From positions 64,001 to 128,000 of the IMG/VR virus record IMGVR_UViG_3300042922_000850: a DNA stretch of 64,000 nt; one strand, written 5' to 3'. How positions within the stretch are numbered: the first letter of the stretch is position 1; each line of letters begins with the position of its first letter. The DNA is from a virus. The notes below the pieces were generated by a model that was given only the letters and a program-made list of their open reading frames with translations, made no database searches and was not told the origin of the DNA. Shown here piece by piece: positions 10,138 through 19,900 of the stretch. The position numbers and the translations under genes are program-made.

Positions 10138-10605
10138 ATGACAAAGCAGGAATATCTAGAAAGTATTTTATCAAAAAATCAGATTAAAGAAATTGAGAGA
10201 GCCATCAAAAATGGCTCTCCGGTATTTATTGGCGGTGAAAACCAAGCAACAGGGAAAAGTTCTTTGATGCAATTTCTAAGGATAGCTTATCGTGAGCATA
10301 ACCCTCAAGTATATGATCTTAGCGAAAAGAACATGCAAACGGTCATATATCTCAATCAACCATTAACTGAGCAGATACCCGATATCATTGGAAAAATTGA
10401 TGATATCACAACAAAAAAACCACAACCAAGATATGATGGAAAGTATAATGTCTTATCGCTCCCATCTAATCCGCGTGATTGTTGCCCAGAATATAAGTGC
10501 CCTGTGTGCGGTGAAAGATTTAATGGTTATCTAATAAATCATAATGACGCACATTGCCCAAATGCTGCATGCAATGTAAAACTGTGTGATCCGGGAAACT
10601 TCTAG
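10138..10605 (+). CDS. hypothetical protein with P-loop-like motif and zinc ribbon
   Basis: GENQATGKS, CPVC, CPNAAC. Confidence 0.55.
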   Translation: MTKQEYLESILSKNQIKEIERAIKNGSPVFIGGENQATGKSSLMQFLRIAYREHNPQVYDLSEKNMQTVIYLNQPLTEQIPDIIGKIDDITTKKPQPRYDGKYNVLSLPSNPRDCCPEYKCPVCGERFNGYLINHNDAHCPNAACNVKLCDPGNF

Positions 10606-10610
10606 AAGAG

Positions 10611-10943
10611 GTGAAAGCGATGTTCGGCCGAGAAAAATTAAAAGATCAGATAGATAAGTTAACGCGGCAGTTAAGTCTAAAAGATAAGGAGATCACATAT
10701 CTGAATTCTCTTCTTAAAGAGAATTCTGTAGACCCTGAAAAAGGAAGATTTAAAGTGGTTCCTTTCAATCCGGTAACGGTTGATGGTGTTGAAAGGAAAG
10801 TTAAGAAAGTTTACATGGGCACAGGGGGCGGCAAGTCGGCAGAGTGCGACAAAATCCTTGATAAGATGACCGGAAGGTTTTACATAGTTGCTCGTCATAA
10901 AAAAGATGACGAGCAAAAAATAGAAAATACGGAGGAAGATTAA
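10611..10943 (+). CDS. hypothetical protein
   Basis: ORF in operon. Confidence 0.6.
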   Translation: MKAMFGREKLKDQIDKLTRQLSLKDKEITYLNSLLKENSVDPEKGRFKVVPFNPVTVDGVERKVKKVYMGTGGGKSAECDKILDKMTGRFYIVARHKKDDEQKIENTEED

Positions 10944-10945
10944 TT

Positions 10946-11350
10946 ATGGATCCTAAGTTAAAGAAATGGGTTGGATTTAACTTTGACCTAAATAAAACAT
11001 TTGAGAAACCACCAAGAGAAGGAACCGATGAATCTGATGAAATGAAACAGTTCTTCAAAGATTTGAAGTCGGATATAAAAAAGGCTCTTGGTAGCAAGGG
11101 TATTAAAATAATTCGCATGAAGCCGAATTATTACAGCACAACAATTGTTGTTGGTGACGGAAAAGAAAAATATGCATATATTTCTTTTGGCGATATGCGA
11201 TGGAACGGACTGTGGAATAGCCAAATTCTAGTGCGAACGATGAAACACGATAAAGACTGGAGTGGTGGTCATAATAACTTTGTTAATTATGATGGTATTC
11301 CTGATAAAATATTGGAATTATGGGAAAGGTCAGCTTCAGAAAAAAGGTGA
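10946..11350 (+). CDS. hypothetical phage protein
   Basis: GGAGG RBS. Confidence 0.65.
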   Translation: MDPKLKKWVGFNFDLNKTFEKPPREGTDESDEMKQFFKDLKSDIKKALGSKGIKIIRMKPNYYSTTIVVGDGKEKYAYISFGDMRWNGLWNSQILVRTMKHDKDWSGGHNNFVNYDGIPDKILELWERSASEKR

Positions 11351-11357
11351 CGAGAAC

Positions 11358-11708
11358 ATGAGAATAGTTACATCAGTGTCAAGAAGAAGACTAAAGAATA
11401 TGCTCCGCTGGTTTAAAAACAAAGGTCAGGAAGTTAAAATCTCATACATCTATAATAATTCTAGGGGGCAGCACGAGGAGCGTTCTTACATAGGGATTAT
11501 AAAATCTTTTACTGTGGAGAAAGACGAAGAATACGGAGAATTTAAAATATCTGTACTCTTCACAGATGATTCTTCTATGAAAGAATGCTTAGACTCTTGG
11601 TGGGAATTTTATGACCTTGGAAAATTAAGAATGTGTAATAGTGGACCATATTGTTATTTCTCAATATGGTTTACAGAAAGAAATAAGGAGAAAAGTAATG
11701 GCGCTTAG
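11358..11708 (+). CDS. hypothetical protein
   Basis: Start reassigned after AAGGTG. Confidence 0.6.
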   Translation: MRIVTSVSRRRLKNMLRWFKNKGQEVKISYIYNNSRGQHEERSYIGIIKSFTVEKDEEYGEFKISVLFTDDSSMKECLDSWWEFYDLGKLRMCNSGPYCYFSIWFTERNKEKSNGA

Positions 11709-11895
11709 CTTGTGGAATTTCATAGTAATTGATGGTGATGGTAACAGTAGCGTTTACGTAGCAACCACTATCTCAAATGCAATTGACAGTATAGCCGATG
11801 CGTTTGAACCAACAGCAATATTAAGAACCACATTGTACAGTAATAACTGTAATGATTATGATAACGTAGTTACAGTTAATTATTCGGGTACGTAA
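11698..11895 (+). CDS. hypothetical protein
   Basis: Start reassigned after AAGGAG. Confidence 0.55.
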   Translation: MALSLWNFIVIDGDGNSSVYVATTISNAIDSIADAFEPTAILRTTLYSNNCNDYDNVVTVNYSGT

Positions 11896-11908
11896 TTAGG
11901 AGGATACA

Positions 11909-12121
11909 ATGGCAAAAGATAGTTCACTGCATTGCAAAATGGATGGCCGAGTGTTTCAAATGAGGGATGGGTCTTCTCACAGACCCATCCCTTTTTCGTC
12001 GGCAAAGCATAATTATACTAAAGGTGATATGGACCGATTGAAAGTTGGTCAAAGCGTTAGTTTTATGCCGATGTTTGGGAACGCAAACCCGGTGTACAGT
12101 AGTTTAGTGAGAATAAGATAG
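11909..12121 (+). CDS. hypothetical protein
   Basis: AGGAGG RBS. Confidence 0.6.
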   Translation: MAKDSSLHCKMDGRVFQMRDGSSHRPIPFSSAKHNYTKGDMDRLKVGQSVSFMPMFGNANPVYSSLVRIR

Positions 12122-12132
12122 AAGGAGTAAAT

Positions 12133-12714
12133 ATGAAAGCTTGGAAACATTTTAAGTTAATATCCCTGCATAAATGGTATGTGTTCAAAAATTGTTGCAG
12201 AGCAGGTATTTATCTACAAGGGATTACCCATGATGTATCGAAATATTCACCAACAGAATATTTCGAATCTATCAAATATTATACCGGAACAAGAAGTCCA
12301 ATAGAAGCCTGCAAAGAATTAAATGGTTACAGCATGGCTTGGTTCCATCATAGAGGACGTAATAAACACCATTGGGAATATTGGGTTGATAATTTTGAAC
12401 AAGGAATGACATACACTCTAATTCCTTATAAATATGCCGTAGAATTGCTATGCGATTGGATTGGCGCAGGTCAAGCTTACGAAAAAGAAAACTGGAGTTT
12501 TCAATCGCAGTATCGTTGGTGGAAGAAGAAAGTAAAGACAGCAAAATTACATCCAGTAATAGCTCATTTTATCGATACGATACTCGCTTTAATGTCGATA
12601 AATAATACTTATTTATATTTGAATAAGGAACATACCAGAGATATTTATGATACTATGGTGACTTTATATGGCCAAGGGATTTTAGAGGAGGCCTGTCCTT
12701 ACTACCCGGAATAA
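12133..12714 (+). CDS. DUF5662-like HD-superfamily protein
   Basis: HKWYV, HDVSKYSPTE, AWFHH..RNKHHWEYW, CDWIGAG. Confidence 0.8.
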   Translation: MKAWKHFKLISLHKWYVFKNCCRAGIYLQGITHDVSKYSPTEYFESIKYYTGTRSPIEACKELNGYSMAWFHHRGRNKHHWEYWVDNFEQGMTYTLIPYKYAVELLCDWIGAGQAYEKENWSFQSQYRWWKKKVKTAKLHPVIAHFIDTILALMSINNTYLYLNKEHTRDIYDTMVTLYGQGILEEACPYYPE

Positions 12715-12730
12715 AAGACAAGGAGGATTT

Positions 12731-12931
12731 ATGAAAATGGCTAGATCTATAATTGGAGCACTCATGATTATTGCTGGGGTAATAATCATATTTGTCCTGT
12801 CTGCAATTAATCCAGATATGACGGAATGGAGGTTATTTTTAACCTATTGGAAAGAGTATCTAGGCGTAGTAGTCTTGTTTATACTAGGTCAATACATTTT
12901 ATTAAGTGATGGAAGGAGAAAGAAAAAATGA
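12731..12931 (+). CDS. small membrane protein
   Basis: Two hydrophobic helices. Confidence 0.65.
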   Translation: MKMARSIIGALMIIAGVIIIFVLSAINPDMTEWRLFLTYWKEYLGVVVLFILGQYILLSDGRRKKK

Positions 12932-13137
12932 TAGTAATTGGCCAAGACGAAAGAGAACACGAGACCCGTGAGGTAGAACAAAAAGGATTGAAGATTTATT
13001 GCATCCCAGGGAAAGATAGAAGAAAGAAAGAATTGGTTGGGGAATACAAGGATCTTATGCGAGCTTGCGAAGTATTTGCAAGTATTTATGTTGCGAATAA
13101 AGATAAGCAAGCTTCATTTACAATGCCAAAAGAGTAG
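12928..13137 (+). CDS. hypothetical protein
   Basis: ATGA overlap with upstream gene. Confidence 0.6.
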   Translation: MIVIGQDEREHETREVEQKGLKIYCIPGKDRRKKELVGEYKDLMRACEVFASIYVANKDKQASFTMPKE

Positions 13138-13139
13138 GT

Positions 13140-13189
13140 TTTAGAGGGGCAATTGCCCCTCTAAACTTTCCTCCCATTTCTTGTATAAG
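13140..13189 (+). repeat. cassette-boundary repeat, copy 1 (22-bp palindrome plus class I motif)
   Basis: TTTAGAGGGGCAATTGCCCCTCTAAACTTTCCTCCCATTTCTTGTATAAG. Confidence 0.9.
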
Positions 13190-13219
13190 TAATAAAAGAA
13201 ATGGGAGGATAAAAATAAA

Positions 13220-13609
13220 ATGGCAATAAGTGATAAGGAAATAGCATTTGTAGCAATGAACGGAATAGCATTAACAGTAATGGGGCTGATAACAGCATAT
13301 ACAACAAAGAGGTTATCTGAAGAAAAGATAAAAAATATAAAGAAAGGGCAAGAAGTTGAGACACTGAAGACAAATCTTAATAAAATGGAAGATTTTATGG
13401 AATGGGAAATTAGTTACATGGAGGATAAAATAAATCTAAATATGATTCAGCTTAGATCAGTGGATATGTATCGATTTGCAGAAAGAGAATTGAAAGAAAT
13501 TAAAGGAGTAACAGAGGTATACGCAAAAGAAGAATTATTAGCAGGAATACGACAGAGAGTGAATACAATTAGAACATTATTAAATAGTGACGAGGAGGCA
13601 ACAAAATAA
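13220..13609 (+). CDS. N-anchored membrane / coiled-coil protein
   Basis: N-terminal hydrophobic helix; purine-rich codons. Confidence 0.7.
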   Translation: MAISDKEIAFVAMNGIALTVMGLITAYTTKRLSEEKIKNIKKGQEVETLKTNLNKMEDFMEWEISYMEDKINLNMIQLRSVDMYRFAERELKEIKGVTEVYAKEELLAGIRQRVNTIRTLLNSDEEATK

Positions 13610-14184
13610 TGAAAATTAGAATGTCAGCAAAGGATTTAGAGAGATTGAGTAATTTAAAAGAGCAGTTAGACAGGGATGTGCATGAATTGGAAATAATAGA
13701 CAATATGGAAGAAAAAGCAGATTTACAAGATAGTATTGAACGCACAAAAAATGTAATCAAAGGAATAAAAGAAGAACCGATAAGAAATATAATTATTATC
13801 GCGGGCGTGGTAAGCGTTGTAATAGGAACAGGTATTATTGTGTCGGAAATATATAAGTTACACAAGAAAATTCGGAAGATAGATACGATGAAGGTGGCAG
13901 AGAACATTTTAGCAGAGAAGGCTAAATTAGAAACAGAACTGGAAGAAGTAATAGAGAATGAAATTGTAAGTGAAGAGATTGAAGAGATAATTGGAAATGA
14001 TGCGGAGGAAGAATTCGCAGTAAGCGAAGTAGTAGCAGAAGATATTAAACAGACGGAGCCAGATGTAAAAGAAGCATTTGAACAGGAGGTTATAAACGCA
14101 GAGGAGCAGAGAAGCAAGAAGTTAGGTGATTTCGGAGAAAGATTAGCTAAAAAGAGAGACAAAATGAAAGCAAAGAAAGCATAG
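13609..14184 (+). CDS. single-TM acidic coiled-coil protein
   Basis: Central IIIIAGVVSVVIGTGII helix. Confidence 0.7.
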   Translation: MKIRMSAKDLERLSNLKEQLDRDVHELEIIDNMEEKADLQDSIERTKNVIKGIKEEPIRNIIIIAGVVSVVIGTGIIVSEIYKLHKKIRKIDTMKVAENILAEKAKLETELEEVIENEIVSEEIEEIIGNDAEEEFAVSEVVAEDIKQTEPDVKEAFEQEVINAEEQRSKKLGDFGERLAKKRDKMKAKKA

Positions 14185-14185
14185 A

Positions 14186-14235
14186 TTTAGAGGGGCAATT
14201 GCCCCTCTAAACTTCCCTTCCATTTCTTGTATAAG
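14186..14235 (+). repeat. cassette-boundary repeat, copy 2
   Basis: 48/50 identical to 13140-13189. Confidence 0.9.
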
Positions 14236-14269
14236 AGATAAAATATAAACAATAAAGGAGGAATTAGTT

Positions 14270-15112
14270 ATGAGAACAAAAATGAGATTAGTAATTTTAG
14301 CAATGGTAATGGTATTAACGGGGTTACAATCAACAACAGCATTTGCTGAGACAGTGATTTACGGAGAGCGTGTTGAAGAAACAATGTATGACATTGGACT
14401 ATGTGTGAGACTTAGTGAGACAGATATTACACTTAAATATCTTAACAGAAGTGGTCGAGAATTAGATCACATGTTGGAAAAAATGTTTGAACCAACAGGA
14501 ATTAGTAACATGAATATTGGCGTATCAGAAGAAATAGATTATTATACATTAAAGCTATGGCAAATGTCATGGGATGTCGAAACATATGACTATTATGACG
14601 GGTATTACACAGTCAATCTTTATCTGGAATACAGGGAAACAGCAGATGAAACAGCATTTGTAATTCAAAAAGTAAAAGAGTTTGTTCGAGCAAATAAGAA
14701 AAAAGTAGCCGGACTTTCAGATGCAGAGAAATACAGATGGATTTATGATCACCTTATTAACAATATGGATTATGATTATACAGAAGAAAATGATTCATGC
14801 TATGAGGCAATAACGTACGGAACAGGTACATGTGTAGCATACTCAGGATTATACTATCTGATTGCAGTAAATATGGGATTACCATGTAAAATAGTGTACG
14901 GCAAAGCAGGAGGCGGAGATCACGCATGGAATTTAGCAAGGTTAGATGGAAAATGGTATTACGTAGATGCAACGTGGGGCGATGATTATAGTGAGGAATA
15001 TTTCATGAGAGCAAAAAAGAATGTAACTACACATAAAATTAACGAAGAAGCAGCATCAAACAGTATTGATGAGAACGGAGTAATTGTATTTGCAAGGGAA
15101 GATTACAGATAA
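14270..15112 (+). CDS. exported transglutaminase-like Cys-His-Asp protein
   Basis: Signal peptide ending AFA; GTCVAYS, HAWN and YYVDATW motifs. Confidence 0.85.
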   Translation: MRTKMRLVILAMVMVLTGLQSTTAFAETVIYGERVEETMYDIGLCVRLSETDITLKYLNRSGRELDHMLEKMFEPTGISNMNIGVSEEIDYYTLKLWQMSWDVETYDYYDGYYTVNLYLEYRETADETAFVIQKVKEFVRANKKKVAGLSDAEKYRWIYDHLINNMDYDYTEENDSCYEAITYGTGTCVAYSGLYYLIAVNMGLPCKIVYGKAGGGDHAWNLARLDGKWYYVDATWGDDYSEEYFMRAKKNVTTHKINEEAASNSIDENGVIVFAREDYR

Positions 15113-15115
15113 AAA

Positions 15116-15142
15116 TAGAGGGGCAATTGCCCCTCTAAACTT
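15116..15142 (+). repeat. cassette-boundary repeat, copy 3 (palindrome only); probable bidirectional terminator
   Basis: TAGAGGGGCAATTGCCCCTCTAAACTT between convergent genes. Confidence 0.85.
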
Positions 15143-15932
15143 CTTTTTTATTGTATCGCTCTTGCATTTTTAAAATCTCTGTTTGTAGCCGGTTAACACT
15201 ATTGGCTATTAAGTCCAACTCCTCAGGACAATTCTTATTAAAATGTTCCTCTAATTTTTCTGGAATGCGTGAAGATGGCCATGTAGAAACACCATACTTT
15301 CTCAACACATCTAAAATAACGTTTAAGAGTTCAATTTGCTCTTTAGCATTGTATAGCTGGTCAATCTGCTTCTGCATCTCTTGCATATCTCTTGCCATCT
15401 TGGTTCCTAGTGATCTGCCGATATATTTTTTCTTACCTATGTCAGCGAGATAGCTTTCTGCAAACTCTTGCTTAGAACTGCAGAAGGGAATTCTATCACT
15501 ATCTAATTTGTTCATGATGATATACATAAGTAAATTCGGATCTAGTTCAATCTTTTTATATACCGCTTTTTTCACTGTGCGAATTGCACCAGTTACCGGA
15601 TCATAATATTTTAAACCAACACTTTCGGGAAGTTCCTCTTTCTTTACCATCCCTTTAGGCACAACAAAGTAAAATTCATGGCAATATGGAACATAACATT
15701 GCCATTTACCATCTTGTAAGAAATCACCTCGACTAACCTTTACTTCGTATATAGTGATATCAGGGTTTGACCAACTCTTAGCAATTGCAATTGCATCAAA
15801 TATCAATAACCCGTTGCCCACAGGGTTATAAGTCGGTCCATTTTTACACTCGGTGGCGAAGAAATCTTTAACATGATACTGTGCCAGCGCCCGCTTAATC
15901 ATCATAGATGTTACTTTTATGTTATCTGCCAT
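15135..15932 (-). CDS. MmcB-like PD-(D/E)xK nuclease with coiled-coil tail
   Basis: FDAIAI, YEVKVSRGDF, KWQCY..YCHEFYFVVP. Confidence 0.8.
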   Translation of the reverse strand: MADNIKVTSMMIKRALAQYHVKDFFATECKNGPTYNPVGNGLLIFDAIAIAKSWSNPDITIYEVKVSRGDFLQDGKWQCYVPYCHEFYFVVPKGMVKKEELPESVGLKYYDPVTGAIRTVKKAVYKKIELDPNLLMYIIMNKLDSDRIPFCSSKQEFAESYLADIGKKKYIGRSLGTKMARDMQEMQKQIDQLYNAKEQIELLNVILDVLRKYGVSTWPSSRIPEKLEEHFNKNCPEELDLIANSVNRLQTEILKMQERYNKKEV

Positions 15933-15941
15933 AATGCACCT

Positions 15942-16388
15942 CTAAAAACGCGTTTTTTGAAATCCGTCATAAGGGGCGCTATAGCAAAACCCGTTCTCTT
16001 TGATCTCAAACTTAACTCCGCATGCCTCACTAATAATCGGAGCAATTTCATCAAACTCTTCTTTACTTAATAGTTCCAGATGACGGCTATAAAACTTCAT
16101 TGTAAGAAACTTTGATGCTCCGCCCATGATCGGCTTATTAGCGTTCCATTCACAGTCTTCATCGAACCCGCCGTGACCAAGTTCAACAATTTCTCCCGCC
16201 TTAGGATTAGGAATACTGACATAGAATTTATGTGGCCAACCATATTTCCAATCAGAACCAGACATTATAGCTTTACCTTCTTTAATTAATTCTGCAAGCT
16301 GTTTAGGATATAAGCTGCCGCAGTAGCCACAACATTCATATCCATCTCTTTCGTAACGCTCCGCTTCTTCACAACTTCTAGATAACAT
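15942..16388 (-). CDS. hypothetical protein, possible zinc binding
   Basis: CGYCGS, DWKYGWPHKFY. Confidence 0.65.
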   Translation of the reverse strand: MLSRSCEEAERYERDGYECCGYCGSLYPKQLAELIKEGKAIMSGSDWKYGWPHKFYVSIPNPKAGEIVELGHGGFDEDCEWNANKPIMGGASKFLTMKFYSRHLELLSKEEFDEIAPIISEACGVKFEIKENGFCYSAPYDGFQKTRF

Positions 16389-16417
16389 AGTCTTCGCACT
16401 CCTTTTAAATTTTATTA

Positions 16418-16633
16418 TTATTTAACATTAAGATATGGCCCGTTGCAAGGGCAGTTCTTTTCTGGGCCATATAACATTTCGTCAGGATCATCATGACCGA
16501 TATACTCGGGAACACAATCGCAACAACCTCCACCATGGCACTCTTTTGGTCTTTTGTTTTTATATGATTGCCGATAAATACATTTTGCACATACACACCC
16601 ATTTTTATAGCATTCATTCGAGAAGCTAGACAT
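16418..16633 (-). CDS. small Cys-rich protein
   Basis: AGGAGG RBS; ten Cys residues. Confidence 0.6.
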   Translation of the reverse strand: MSSFSNECYKNGCVCAKCIYRQSYKNKRPKECHGGGCCDCVPEYIGHDDPDEMLYGPEKNCPCNGPYLNVK

Positions 16634-16639
16634 AGTTAT

Positions 16640-16810
16640 CTACCTCCTTTTAGATTTTTTATTATTCTTTGCAGCATAGACCGGACACATATCTTTATCT
16701 TTACTAAAATCTTGCTTTAATTGTAAATGTCTTATCTCTGCGTCTATTTTGGATATATGCGTAAAACAATAGTTTTTTATCAAACAGGTTTCGCTATTAC
16801 AGAATATCAT
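16640..16810 (-). CDS. small hypothetical protein (56 aa, not in ORF track)
   Basis: AAAGGAG RBS; MIFCNSETCL... Confidence 0.5.
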   Translation of the reverse strand: MIFCNSETCLIKNYCFTHISKIDAEIRHLQLKQDFSKDKDMCPVYAAKNNKKSKRR

Positions 16811-16859
16811 TACAACCACTCCTTTAATTATAAATTCCCTTGTAGAGGTATCTTTTATA

Positions 16860-16888
16860 AGTATAATACAAAAGAAAGCTTATGTAAA
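16860..16888 (-). promoter_or_regulatory. sigmaA-type promoter
   Basis: TTTACA-17 nt-TATACT on the minus strand, upstream of the 16810-15135 operon. Confidence 0.6.
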
Positions 16889-16902
16889 TATCCTTGTGCT
16901 AT

Positions 16903-16938
16903 AAAAAAAGAGTTGGCAACATTGCCAACTCTTTTTTT
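16903..16938. terminator. bidirectional intrinsic terminator
   Basis: A7-GAGTTGGCAA-CA-TTGCCAACTC-T7. Confidence 0.85.
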
Positions 16939-16951
16939 AGGCTGTAAATGA

Positions 16952-19900
16952 TTATTCTTCGAAAGACTGTGCGCTCTCTGAATAGATTTCACCACCAAGG
17001 TCGTGGGAAGGCGCTGACATTTCGGTTACATTGCTAATTTCTTTTGGGGTTATTCCACCAAGTGCACCACACTCCGGGCAATAGCCTAAGTTATCTGGTT
17101 GACCTTTGTAACTGCACACTTCACAATTAATGTCTTTTAATCCGGTTTTAGGATCAATTGTGGGTTCCTCAGGAACAACATTACTTTCTTTCTTTGCCTC
17201 TTCCTTTGTCGGAACATTCATCTCTGCCTCTTTAAACAGTTCATCAAGTTCTTCGGAAGCTAACTTCGAGACTTTTACATTTTTGACCGCATTTTTTATC
17301 GCTTTGACTCCGGCTCCTGCAAGTGCTCCAATTCCTACACCTGCAGCTCCTCCTGCGATAGCGTTGCTTGCAGCTTCACTACCATAATCAGATGGTAGTG
17401 CGGTTGGATTAACTTCTTTTGCTTGGTCAACCGACTTTTGATAAGCTGCTCCACTACCCATAAGACCGCCAATAGCTGCACCACTAAGTGCGCTAGCTTC
17501 TTTAGCGAGTTCATCGAGTTCTTCAGATGCATGCTTAACCGCTTTTGATTTTGCCACATCTTTTACAAGTGCCGGTAAAGATGTAACGATATTGCCAACT
17601 GCTCCCGCACTCGCACCCAATAAACCACCTTTTACCGCTCCTTTAAGAACAGCTTTGGGGTTCTCTTCACTTTCTTTTTTTTTACCTTCTATACCACCAA
17701 GAACTGTTCCTACTCCGGCACTAAATGGAATGAGGCCGGCACCTGCTTCTTTCTCCGCAGACTCATCGGTTGCTTCAAAAGATTGTTTTTCCACATGATT
17801 TTTAAATTCTTCTTGCATTTTTGCCTTAGCTGCTTCAAATTTCTGAGTCCCTTGCTCTGATGCTTTCTGAACCACCTTAGCGCCAAGTGCACTACTAGCC
17901 AAATTCGCGCCTAGCCCAATTCCGGCTCCAGCTAACGCACCTTTAGCAACGCCTTTTAAAGTTTTGTCACGATCGTTTTCTTTGGAAGTTTTAAGACCAC
18001 CAATTGCCCCGCCAACAATTGCACCAGGGAGAACAAACCCTGCTTCTTTCTCCATAATCTCCGTCATATCATATTTTGCCGAACAAACATCGTATGCGAC
18101 TTTATGAAGGTGATCGATTTGTTCAATAGCGGCTTGAATATAATTAGGGCTAACTACTTGGTTACGGTTTTTATACTGCATTACCTTTAATTGCATAAGG
18201 TCACAAGCAACTCTCTCTAATATATCACGATTTTCTATAATATCCTTAGATACTTCATAAATTCTCGGATAATTATGAGTTTCATTAGCTGTTGATGCAA
18301 CCTTTTCTGCGAAGAAGGATGATAAGCTCATAATCTTTGCTACTTCCAAAGCTGATTGCGATTCTCTTTCTAAAGCAATCTTCTCAAACACAGACGATAA
18401 TGTCTTACCCTCAGATGCAACGTTACCTAATTGTGCTGCGATGTCTTTAACTGCACTCGGTGCTCCGCTAAGTCCATCCGATAACATGCTTGCGATTACA
18501 GAAGTTGCAAGAACACCTGCAAGTTCTTTGGGTTTTACCATTGACTTTACGGTATTTTGTATCTTTTTACCTGCAAGAGATTGAACTCTTGCGCCTTGAA
18601 GTGCTTCGATATTCGGATTAGCAGGTAAAGCATAGGTCATTTGAGGATTGTTATTTACTTTGAAGATGATCTCTTGAAACTCCGCCTGATTAAATCCAAG
18701 GAGTTTAAGAACTAACTTTAAATCGTCTTTGGAAATTCTTGTATATGTCTTTACAAATCGTTTCAATATAGCTTTTTTTGTATCAACGTAATTAATTTCC
18801 ACATCGTATGCGCCGAGTTGCTTATCTCTGCATACGATTTTAATTTTATTCTTTTCTACTGCGGCAACCTTTTCAAAAGTATCTTCGTAGCTTTCTACGT
18901 AAGCAAGTTTATCGAGATCTTCTTTGTTCTGAAGATAATCTTTAATAATGCCCTTGATTAAGATTACTCTGGTTTCCGGATCCGTTGCAAGGACAAGGTT
19001 GGTTTCTGTCCTTGCGGGCCCCTGCGTTGCATAAGGGTTTTTATCAACTTTATGATAATTGATACAGATAGAACCTTTTGACATTAGGTTAGATAGCTTA
19101 AATTCGTCCATTGCAAGTTCTTTGGATTTCTTCGCAATGAAATCACCATAGGGCATTTCAAAGAACTTTGCCCCATCAAGAGTGCAAAGATTAACTCTGA
19201 TATTAACATTTAAGATATTCTGAGTTTCACTTGTTGTTAATAAGTTTGCGATTTCTGAGTTATCATAAATGGGCGATAACTCATAGCTTTTTGTTGAGAT
19301 ATCGTTTTTGCGGTCACCGCTACCATAAGTTCTTTCGTTTATCCAATTTACTTTTGAGGGGAATAAAGCTTTGTCTCCATCGAATGCCATGAAGATATCG
19401 CCTTCTTGCAATGTGGACAGGCTCTCCATCTTTATGGAAAATTTTGTCTCTGGCGCTTTTAAGCAAAGGAAACGTTCCGAGTTGCTGAGAATTTTCACAC
19501 GAGCATCGGCGGTGATGACTAATTTTACCTTCTTCGGAGCTTTGTCAGCAAAGGACATAAAATTATCGACAACAATGCCGTTAGTCATGGAAATCTCGTT
19601 ACCATTTTTCTCAGGAAAAGCAATGACTGTGCCGTTTGGTAATTTAATAGCATCGTCATATTGTAAGTTCTTCGCCTTTTCAAATAATTTAAGTTTCTCT
19701 TGGTCATCTGGGACGTTAATCTCAGCCGCCATTTTCTCCATTTCAAGTTTCACTTCTTCTGAAGCTTTTCTCTCAAACTCTTGATTAAGAACTTTCAGGT
19801 CAGCTTCAGTGAATTCTTTAATTGTTGCAGCCTTTTCAAGGAGTTCATCAATCTTCTCTGCAGCATAGATATAATTTTGGCCAGATGGACTACTATGCCC

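Noticed and set aside
13569-14162. Long antisense ORFs (also 1134-1559, 5411-5851, 29672-30169, 33745-34284 and others)
   Set aside because: They are shadows of purine-rich sense genes (Ser/Phe/Leu-rich) and lack RBSs.
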